From contig CAVXTH010000006.1 in NCBI GenBank assembly GCA_963764625.1, positions 768,001 to 832,000 on the forward strand: DNA of 64,000 nt. Reading direction: 5' to 3'. Position 1 is the stretch's first letter; every line of letters starts with the position of its first letter. Positions 1 to 7,549 of the stretch are shown here, in pieces. The notes under the pieces were generated by a model. That model was given only the letters and a program-made list of their open reading frames with translations. It ran no database searches and had not been told where the DNA came from. The translations under genes and the position numbers were made by a program. Source of the stretch: Candidatus Krumholzibacteriota bacterium. GTDB lineage: Bacteria > Krumholzibacteriota > Krumholzibacteriia > JAJRXK01.

Positions 1-770
1 CGCTGGATCGCCTGGATGGAGCGCAGCACCGAAAAGTACTCGACACCTTTATTGTGTTTGAAGCGGCGGCGGATCCCCGCGGTGTCCACCAGGACCATGT
101 CTTTCCCGTGCCAGCGAATCCGGCTGTCCACCGCGTCACGCGTGGTCCCCGGGACCTCGCTCACCAAACTGTTGCTCGCGCCAGTCAGCGCATTCAGCAG
201 ACTGCTCTTGCCCACGTTGGGCCGGCCCAGGAGCGCGAGATGGAGCGCCTCCTCGGTTCGGGCCGGGGCCTGCGGAAGTCCCTCCACCACCGCGTCGAGC
301 AGATCCCCCACCCCTCTCCCGTGAATGGCAGAAACCCCGTAGAGGGAAGGAAAACCCAGGCGATGGAACTCAGCCGCTTCGAGCTGGTCGAGCTCCTTGT
401 CCACTTTGTTCACGACCACATGCACCGGCTGTTCGAGCCGGTGTAATTCGGATGCGAGAGCTTGATCGTAGGCGGTGATGCCACTACCCACATCCACCAC
501 GAAGATGACCGCGTCGGCCATGTTCATGGTGGCGCGCGCGACTTCGGAGATTTCGTGTTCAAAGGGAGTTCCCTCTTCGAAGGGGATGATTCCTCCGGTG
601 TCGGCGAGGGTGAAATTGTGCCCGGCCCAGTCCGCCGGGCGAATGTGACGGTCGCGCGTCACGCCCGCACTCTCGTGCACGACCGCCGATCGCGTACGCG
701 TGATGCGGTTGAAGAGAGTGGACTTCCCCACATTGGGCCGGCCCACGATGGCAACCAGGGCGGGTGGCAT
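1..770 (-). CDS. der: Ribosome biogenesis GTPase Der/EngA (3' end truncated by window edge)
   Basis: Read by hand; absent from the ORF track because there is no stop in the window. Begins MPPALVAIVGRPNVGKSTLFNRIT..GVTRD..DTGG, with a second G domain GRPNVGKSSLLN..GTTRD..DTAG. Confidence 0.95.
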   Translation of the reverse strand, partial: MPPALVAIVGRPNVGKSTLFNRITRTRSAVVHESAGVTRDRHIRPADWAGHNFTLADTGGIIPFEEGTPFEHEISEVARATMNMADAVIFVVDVGSGITAYDQALASELHRLEQPVHVVVNKVDKELDQLEAAEFHRLGFPSLYGVSAIHGRGVGDLLDAVVEGLPQAPARTEEALHLALLGRPNVGKSSLLNALTGASNSLVSEVPGTTRDAVDSRIRWHGKDMVLVDTAGIRRRFKHNKGVEYFSVLRSIQAIQ

Positions 771-771
771 C

Positions 772-2091
772 TCAGGACCTCTGCGAGTTTGGAATTTCCG
801 TCGCGATTTCCAGAAGGGCCTCTACCAGACCCTCCCGGGCGATGCGCACCGGATGCGTCGCGTTGCTCAGCAACTCCTGCAGGGTCATGTCGTCCAGGAA
901 GATCTCCTCGTGGTTGAGCGGCGAATCGGGCAAGAGCACTTCCCCACAGTCGGCGGGAAGGGCAGCGATCGCGTCGGCGAAATCCCGTCCGGGAAGAAGT
1001 CCCACTACCGTGATTCCCTTCCCGTAAAGACGGTTTTCGATTCCCACCACTCGCAGGTCGAGCCACTCGATTTCCTCTATCAGAGGTCTGAGGTCTCGTT
1101 CGAAGAACGCGGCTCCCAGGGCGCCGGTGAGAATCGTGACGGTGCGCCGCGTGCGGCTCGAGGTGGCCAGCCGAGGCGCGGCTTCGCGCAGCTCTTCGAG
1201 CAGACTGCGCGCCTGACCGATGCCGTTGTCTTCCTGCGGCATGTCTTCGTAGAAGCGCAGCGGAGGGAAAGGAAACTCCGCGCGCAGATAGAATTCGTCG
1301 CTCAGGTAGACCAAACGCTGACCATATCGCGCGAGGAAGCGATCCTGCCAGACGCGGAGTTGCGCCAGCGCCATGCGAGCGTCTTCCTTCGTCACCGGCT
1401 TGAGCTCGGCCAAACCCTCGCGATGGTCGCTCAACCCAACCGGCACTACCGCGATAGAGGCGACCCCGGGAAAGAGTGCGCCCAGATCGGCCACCGTCTT
1501 GTCCAGAATCTTTCCGTCGTTCCATCCGGGACACAACACGATTTGAGAGTGCACTTCGATTCCATTGGAGGTGAGCTCGCGGAGAATCGCGAGCACGTCG
1601 ATACGGCGTTTGATGCCCAGGAGCTTGGTCCGCGCATCGAGTTCGGTGGCGTGAACCGAAACGAAGAGCGGACTCAGCTTCTGCTCCAGCACTCGGCGCA
1701 GGCCGCGCCGTCCCAGGCTGGTGAGAGTAATGTAGTTTCCGTAGAGGAAGCTGAGCCGGTAGTCCTCGTCCTTGACGTAGATCTGGTCGCGCATGCCCTT
1801 GGGATTCTGATCGATGAAACAGAAGACGCAGCGACAAGCACAGGTCTTGAATTCAAGGGGCGCAAACGCCTCCGCCAGGAGCGAGAGATCGCTGGCGTTC
1901 AAGCGGAAGGCGAGAGAACGGTCGTCGCGATCCATGATGGCGACTTCCAGCTCCGCCGCTTCCTCGCCGAGATAGTAGAAATCGAGAATGTCCTCGATGG
2001 AGCTTTCCCCGATGCGGATCAGGCGGTCGCCTTCACGCCAGCAATAACCCGGCAAAATTCCATCTGCGGGGGCGCGTTCGAGAACGATCAC
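772..2091 (-). CDS. DUF512-family radical SAM (Fe-S) protein with N-terminal PDZ-like region
   Basis: CACRCVFCFIDQ (CxxxCxxC), YVKDEDYRLSFLYGNYITLT, IVLCPGWNDG, SDEFYL and ITVVGLL motifs. This family is commonly found next to der. GTG start at 2091 is inferred. Confidence 0.85.
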   Translation of the reverse strand: MIVLERAPADGILPGYCWREGDRLIRIGESSIEDILDFYYLGEEAAELEVAIMDRDDRSLAFRLNASDLSLLAEAFAPLEFKTCACRCVFCFIDQNPKGMRDQIYVKDEDYRLSFLYGNYITLTSLGRRGLRRVLEQKLSPLFVSVHATELDARTKLLGIKRRIDVLAILRELTSNGIEVHSQIVLCPGWNDGKILDKTVADLGALFPGVASIAVVPVGLSDHREGLAELKPVTKEDARMALAQLRVWQDRFLARYGQRLVYLSDEFYLRAEFPFPPLRFYEDMPQEDNGIGQARSLLEELREAAPRLATSSRTRRTVTILTGALGAAFFERDLRPLIEEIEWLDLRVVGIENRLYGKGITVVGLLPGRDFADAIAALPADCGEVLLPDSPLNHEEIFLDDMTLQELLSNATHPVRIAREGLVEALLEIATEIPNSQRS

Positions 2092-2181
2092 GGGAGTTCC
2101 TCTGCAATAGGCTCGTGCGGCCCCTGATGATAGGCCCCAACTCTCGGTCTGGCAACGGTGCCGTCGCACGAGGGGAAGTTC

Positions 2182-2257
2182 TGGAGCGGGCGACGGGACT
2201 CGAACCCGCGACCTTCAGCTTGGGAAGCTGATACTCTACCAACTGAGTTACACCCGC
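2182..2257 (-). tRNA. tRNA-Gly (anticodon CCC)
   Basis: GCGGGTGTAACTCAGTTGGTAGAGTATCAGCTTCCCAAGCTGAAGGTCGCGGGTTCGAGTCCCGTCGCCCGCTCCA: 76 nt, with acceptor stem, TTCGA T-loop and encoded CCA. Confidence 0.97.
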
Positions 2258-2291
2258 TCGGGTCCCTTGCCCTTACAAGAGGCAGGGTCGC

Positions 2292-2320
2292 AAGCTAGCA
2301 AGGGGTGTGGGGAGTGTCAA
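2292..2320 (-). promoter_or_regulatory. Sigma70-type promoter for tRNA-Gly
   Basis: TTGACA-17 nt-TAGCTT on the minus strand, about 35 nt upstream of the tRNA. Confidence 0.7.
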
Positions 2321-3258
2321 GAGGACCCGCCTTCCCGCAGGGCTGCCAGCAGCTGCCTTTCGAATTCGGGGTTCTCCGCGGTGCCCCGCGCCTCCACCTC
2401 GAGCTTGCGAAACCAGATCTCCTGTTGCCGCGCGTAGCGTCGGGTGGCGACCACGATCCGCTCGAGGAGTTCCTCACGCGCGCACGCGTTCTTCAGGTAG
2501 GAGACGATTTCGCGATAGCCCAGAATCGAGAGCCCCGGACCGTCTTCCTTCCACCCTTCGTCAAGAAGTGCCCGAGTCTCCTCGATCCACCCGGTCTGCA
2601 GCCAAGCCTCGGCCCGGCGCGCAATGGAGGCGTGAAGTTTCCAGCGCGGCTGTTGCAAGTGGAACACGCGCAGCTTCAAGCCCAACACCGGATGGGGTCG
2701 AAAGTCCTGGGCGAGTTGGGTCATGCTCGTGCCGCAGAGCGCGTGAATTTCCAACGCGCGCTCCATACGGTAGCGGTCGTTGGGATGCAGGGCCTGGGCG
2801 CGCTCGGGATCGACCCCGAAAAGACGCTGCCGTACTTCCGCGGTGGAGAGGGTGGCCCATTCCTCGCGCAAACTCGATAGAAGCTCCGGATTCTCGGGGA
2901 TCGTAAAGAAGCCCTCTTGCAATGCGCGCAAGTAGAAGCCGGCCCCTCCCACCACGATGGGAGTCACTTCGCGTTGCAGAAGGCGGGGCAGAACCTCCTC
3001 TACCTGGCGACGGTACCGTCCCGCGTCGAACCGTTCGTCAGGTTCGATCAGATCGACGAGGTGATGGGGAAGCGCCTCGCGTTCTGCGGGACTGGGTTTC
3101 CCGGTCCCCAGATCGAGCCGTCTGTAGATTTGCCGTGAGTCGAGAGAGATGAGTTCGAGGGAGGAACCGAACGCGTGCGCGAGCCGAAGAGCCAAGCTCG
3201 TCTTCCCGGTGGCGGTGGCTCCAACGAGAACCACCAGGCTCGAGATCTCGCCTGCCAC
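2317..3258 (-). CDS. miaA: tRNA dimethylallyltransferase
   Basis: GATATGKT P-loop, DSRQIYRRLDLGTGKP, VGGAGFY, TRRYARQQ. Follows mutL. Confidence 0.95.
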   Translation of the reverse strand: MAGEISSLVVLVGATATGKTSLALRLAHAFGSSLELISLDSRQIYRRLDLGTGKPSPAEREALPHHLVDLIEPDERFDAGRYRRQVEEVLPRLLQREVTPIVVGGAGFYLRALQEGFFTIPENPELLSSLREEWATLSTAEVRQRLFGVDPERAQALHPNDRYRMERALEIHALCGTSMTQLAQDFRPHPVLGLKLRVFHLQQPRWKLHASIARRAEAWLQTGWIEETRALLDEGWKEDGPGLSILGYREIVSYLKNACAREELLERIVVATRRYARQQEIWFRKLEVEARGTAENPEFERQLLAALREGGSS

Positions 3259-3261
3259 CGC

Positions 3262-5094
3262 TCAACGTCTTCCGAAGCGGCGTTCCAGTTCGGGAAGACC
3301 GATGCGGATGAGAGTCGGTCGTCCGTGAGGGCACGAGTAGGGCAGCTCGGTCGCGAAGAGACGATCCATGAGCGCCTGCATTTCCGGCAGCGTCAGTTTC
3401 TCTCCGGCACGAATCGCGCCGTGGCAGGCATAGGATGCCAGAATCGCTTCCTTGGGATCACTGCCTCCCCTCCCACTCTCGGAGAGATCGACCAGGATGT
3501 CGCGCAGGAGGGCACCATCGTTCCAGTTGTGCAGCTCGTTGGGGATACCGCGCACCAGAATGGTGGACCCGCCGAAGGCCTCGGTCAAAAAACCCATCCG
3601 CTCCATGTCACCACGGTGGACTTCGTAGGCCGAGAGCTCGGTGGGGGTGAGTTCCAGCGTGCAGGGAAAGAGCAACTGCTGCACCGCGACGCCCCGCCCT
3701 TCCACCGCCTTCTTTCCTTCGTTGTACAGAATGCGTTCGTGGCTGTTGTGTTGATCGACGATCACCAGGGCCCCGCGAATCTGGGTCAGAATGAAGGTGG
3801 AGTGCAGCTGCCAAAACAGATCGGACGCGGACTCGAGACTCTGGCCGAGCCCCGGATCGACCGGAGCTCCCTGCGGGACGAAGCCGCCCCCCTCTTCGCC
3901 GGGGTCGCCCGTTTCGAAGAGCGTGGGCGCCAGCTTGCTGCGACTCCACGCCGGACCGTAGCTGGTCGAGTGCCCTTCGGTCGGCCCGTGGCGAAAAACC
4001 TCTTCCGCTGTCTGACGCAGCCGTTCCATGGCCACCGACTCCAAAGGCGAGTGGGCTACACCGTGCGCTCGCGCTCCGCCCTCGCCCCGCAACGCGAGCG
4101 CGTCCTGGATGGAATGGCGCACGAGTTCGTGGGCAGTACCGGCATCGCGCAGACGAATCTCGGCCTTGGTGGGATGAATGTTGACGTCCACCCGCGAGGG
4201 TGGAACTTCCACGAAGAGGAGCACGAGAGGAAAGCGCCCTGCGGGAATGACTTCACGGTACGCGTGCTGGATGGCGTGGCTCAATCCGCTGTCGACCACG
4301 CCGCGCCGGTTTACGTAGACGAACTGACCGCTACGATTTCCCCGAGTGTAGGTGGGAAGACTGCACAGTCCTTCCACGCGCACGCCCTGCACTTGAGCTT
4401 CGAAGCGCCGCAGGTGTTCGGCGACCGTTGAACCGAAAACCCCGTGTACCCTCGTCTCCAGATCGAGCGCCGGCGGAAGATCCATGCTGACTTTGCCGGA
4501 GGACTCCAGGCGGAACCCGACTTCGGGATGCGCCAGGGCCAAGGAGCTGAGGGCCTGGGTGACCGCCCTGGCCTCGCTGGCCTCACTCTTGAGGAACTGT
4601 CTCCGCGCCGGCAGATTGAAGAAGAGATCAGCCGCGGTGACGGTGGTCCCGGGATGCCGGGCCAGAGCTTCCTTGCGTTCGATGCGACCCCCGACGAGAT
4701 CGAGTCGACATCCCAGCTCTTCCTCCTTGGCGCGCGAACGCAGCGAGAAACGACTGACCGATGCGATGGAGGCGAGCGCTTCGCCCCGAAATCCGAAGGA
4801 GTGAATCGCGAGCAGGTCTCCACTGCCCGCGATCTTGGAAGTGGCGTGGGCCTCGACCGCCAAGGGCACTTCCCGGGTCGGGATTCCACTGCCGTCATCC
4901 TCGACGCTGATTTCCTCCAGCCCCCCGCGGCGCAAACGCACCACGATGTGGCGGGCGCCGGCGTCCAGCGCGTTCTCCACCATTTCCTTCACCGCCGAGG
5001 CCGGACGCTCCACCACCTCACCCGCCGCGATCCGGTCGACGCAGGAGGGATCCAGAAGGCGGATCGGGCGACGCTGGGTGTTGGGAGCATTCAT
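3262..5094 (-). CDS. mutL: DNA mismatch repair endonuclease MutL
   Basis: IAAGEVVERPASAVKEMVENALDAG, GFRGEAL, DVNIHPTK, C-terminal ACH and CPHGRP. Confidence 0.97.
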   Translation of the reverse strand: MNAPNTQRRPIRLLDPSCVDRIAAGEVVERPASAVKEMVENALDAGARHIVVRLRRGGLEEISVEDDGSGIPTREVPLAVEAHATSKIAGSGDLLAIHSFGFRGEALASIASVSRFSLRSRAKEEELGCRLDLVGGRIERKEALARHPGTTVTAADLFFNLPARRQFLKSEASEARAVTQALSSLALAHPEVGFRLESSGKVSMDLPPALDLETRVHGVFGSTVAEHLRRFEAQVQGVRVEGLCSLPTYTRGNRSGQFVYVNRRGVVDSGLSHAIQHAYREVIPAGRFPLVLLFVEVPPSRVDVNIHPTKAEIRLRDAGTAHELVRHSIQDALALRGEGGARAHGVAHSPLESVAMERLRQTAEEVFRHGPTEGHSTSYGPAWSRSKLAPTLFETGDPGEEGGGFVPQGAPVDPGLGQSLESASDLFWQLHSTFILTQIRGALVIVDQHNSHERILYNEGKKAVEGRGVAVQQLLFPCTLELTPTELSAYEVHRGDMERMGFLTEAFGGSTILVRGIPNELHNWNDGALLRDILVDLSESGRGGSDPKEAILASYACHGAIRAGEKLTLPEMQALMDRLFATELPYSCPHGRPTLIRIGLPELERRFGRR

Positions 5095-5202
5095 GAAGAC
5101 AATCCCTCAAACCATTGTGATGGTGTGAGTTAGATTCTGTCGACGCAGGCGAGGAATTCGCGGCGTCGGCGGTGCTCACACTACCCTGGCCGAAGGGAGC
5201 TG

Positions 5203-7449
5203 TCAATCTGGCGCGGGACCCAGGCCCTTTTGGGCTTCGAGCAGAATCTCGTCGGGGGTTTCGGCATCGTGAGGGTAACGCGCGTGGTCGATGCGCAGTT
5301 CACAGCCCGCGCCGCCGATCTCACCCATCAGCTTCTCCAGGAGATAGCGGTAGCGGCGGGACAGGCGGCGTTGTCCACGCGCTTCCTCGGGAGCCAAGAC
5401 CGCGAAGCGGTTCGTGGCGATGAAGAGCACGCAGTCGGTCGATCGAGCCGCAGCCAAGACGACGCTCACGAGCTTTTCGTGGAAGCCCGCCTTGTCTTCG
5501 GGAACATCTACCTGAAAGCAGGTCAGGGAGAATCCCACGTGGTAGCGCTGCGCCCGCTGGAGCTCTCGTTCGAGCGCTTCGCGTAGAACGAGTCGGTTCG
5601 CCGTGATGTCGCGTCCTGCCACAGTCGTCTGGATCTGGGTGAGCTCACTGGCCGCGCCCACCAGCTGGTCCTGCTCCTGGGCTTCCTTAGAGGGAAGAGT
5701 CCCCAACAACAGGGCCGCCATGTTCTGGTCTTCCTCGCTGAACCCCCGCGCTTCCAGGGGCCCCGCTGGATTGCGATTGAACGCGATCAACGCGCGCTGA
5801 TCTTCGTCCGCGATCGCCATCCAATTCTTCACCACCTTACCGGGCGCTTCCAGACCGCGGTCTCGGTGGGACGATTGGGCTTGCAGTCGGCTCGCGTACT
5901 CTTCCCATAGTTGCTCGGGGTTGGCTCCCGGCAGTGCTTCGATCCCCTGGAAGGTGCTGGGGGTCTTACCCCGTCCATTCCAGACCGCCACCGCGCTGGC
6001 GCCGCTGAGTTCCATGAACGCAGTTGCCACGCGCGGAGGACGCTCGGCGAAGGGCAACGAACCGATGCGACTCAAATCCCGGGCCAGACCTTGCAGATGC
6101 TCCATGCGCACGCGCCCTTCCTCGCGCGCGAGGAGAGTTCCAAGGCGTGAAGTCACGACCGCCTGCACTTGACTCAGGTTGCGCTGGAAGTGACTCAGCG
6201 CGGAGAGTCCCTCGAAATCCGTAATGAGAACCGCGAAACATTCGGGGCTTCCCAGCGGTACGTAGAGCGTCGAGTAGCGCCGAGCCCGCGTACGCCCCGC
6301 CGGCCGGATCCTTTCCTCCAGAATCACGACCTCCGAAGTCAACAGCACCTGGGCCAGGATTCCACTCCCGGGGTCGACGTCGCGCACCAGACGCGGTTCC
6401 CCTCCATCTTCCCCTCCGGCCAGGACCCGAAGGGCCGGACCTCCCCCTCCCAGGATGATGAGCTGGCAACTCTCCGCCCCCGAGAGGTCGTGCAGGAGAC
6501 TGCGGATCAGGCCAAAGGCCTGGCTGGTGGGAATCTCCATTTGCAGCAGCCGGTCGAGTCCCTTTTCGAGATCGTTCACAAGGGCGCGTTCGTGATAGGA
6601 CTGGATCTCCAAGAGATGCGAGAGAACCGGGGTGATGCGCGCGGCCATGCGCTGTACCGTAGCGAGATCGGTTGGCGAGAAAGAAGTGGAACCGTGATCG
6701 CGTGAAACGCTGGTGACGCCGAGGGTCAAGTCGGCGTCGAGAAGCGGAACGCAGATCGCGCTCTTGATATCACTGCGGTCCCGATCTGTCGGCGCGGTTG
6801 GTTGCCCTTCGATGAGCTCGCCCTCTCCGCTGATGGCGACGCGCCCACTGATTCCTTCGCCCAGACGGCGCCGGCTGGTGCGGATGGTGTGGTCGCTCAA
6901 GCCCTCGGCGTAGGCGATGTAGAGTTCCTTGGTGGCGTGATTGAGCAGCTGGATGCTTCCGCTGTCGGCGTCGACCGCCTGAATGACCAGGGCCAAGAGC
7001 CCGCGAAGAACTTCTTCACGGTCCAGGGCGCGATCCAACCAGCGAATGGCGTCGTCGAAGTCGCGCCAGCGGGCGCTCTCCGCCCGGGCCTCCCGCACGC
7101 CTCGCCGCGGCGGCCACCCCGGTTCGCCGTACAGTTCGAGGGCCTCGTGAAGCCCAATGAGATGAACCTTCTGGGAGCGCAGGTAGACGATTGCGTCCTG
7201 GATCCGCTCCCGCTCCTGGCTCAGGACGACCTGCCCCGTCTTGGCCAAATCCTCCAGAAATTCGAGAGTATGACCGTGGCGCAGGCCCAGGATTTCGGCG
7301 ATCTCGTGCCCCAGTGCCTCGGGGTCCGGATCATAGACCCCCATGATCTGCACCGCGACCGCACGATGCAATTCGGCGAGAACGGGAATCTCGGCTTCCC
7401 GGACTCCAACCATCCCCAACAGTGTCAACGTATTAGCTGAATTTCGCAT
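5203..7449 (-). CDS. Multi-GAF protein with N-terminal Rossmann-like domain and C-terminal degenerate GGDEF domain
   Basis: Clear GAF domain (GSIQLL..LGEGISGRVA..SAICVPL..LGV). The C-terminal LERELQRAQRY..FSL..RSTD segment has ATNRF at the GGDEF position. Start at 7449 is inferred from the sigma54 motif. Confidence 0.7.
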   Translation of the reverse strand: MRNSANTLTLLGMVGVREAEIPVLAELHRAVAVQIMGVYDPDPEALGHEIAEILGLRHGHTLEFLEDLAKTGQVVLSQERERIQDAIVYLRSQKVHLIGLHEALELYGEPGWPPRRGVREARAESARWRDFDDAIRWLDRALDREEVLRGLLALVIQAVDADSGSIQLLNHATKELYIAYAEGLSDHTIRTSRRRLGEGISGRVAISGEGELIEGQPTAPTDRDRSDIKSAICVPLLDADLTLGVTSVSRDHGSTSFSPTDLATVQRMAARITPVLSHLLEIQSYHERALVNDLEKGLDRLLQMEIPTSQAFGLIRSLLHDLSGAESCQLIILGGGGPALRVLAGGEDGGEPRLVRDVDPGSGILAQVLLTSEVVILEERIRPAGRTRARRYSTLYVPLGSPECFAVLITDFEGLSALSHFQRNLSQVQAVVTSRLGTLLAREEGRVRMEHLQGLARDLSRIGSLPFAERPPRVATAFMELSGASAVAVWNGRGKTPSTFQGIEALPGANPEQLWEEYASRLQAQSSHRDRGLEAPGKVVKNWMAIADEDQRALIAFNRNPAGPLEARGFSEEDQNMAALLLGTLPSKEAQEQDQLVGAASELTQIQTTVAGRDITANRLVLREALERELQRAQRYHVGFSLTCFQVDVPEDKAGFHEKLVSVVLAAARSTDCVLFIATNRFAVLAPEEARGQRRLSRRYRYLLEKLMGEIGGAGCELRIDHARYPHDAETPDEILLEAQKGLGPAPD

Positions 7450-7503
7450 GGCAATCTGGGCCGCGTTCCTCCACCTTGAGGCACAGTGAACCATGATTGG
7501 CGC

Positions 7504-7520
7504 AGCAAGGAGGATGCCAG
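7504..7520 (-). promoter_or_regulatory. Sigma54 (-24/-12) promoter
   Basis: CTGGCATCCTCCTTGCT (GG-N10-GC), intergenic and oriented toward the GAF gene. Confidence 0.7.
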
Positions 7521-7549
7521 CACGGACTAAAGTTCAAGAAACAAAGAGC

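Noticed and set aside
2182-2257. tRNA-Gly as an integration site for a genomic island
   Set aside because: It is flanked by core genes, with no adjacent integrase and no duplicated tRNA 3' end seen.
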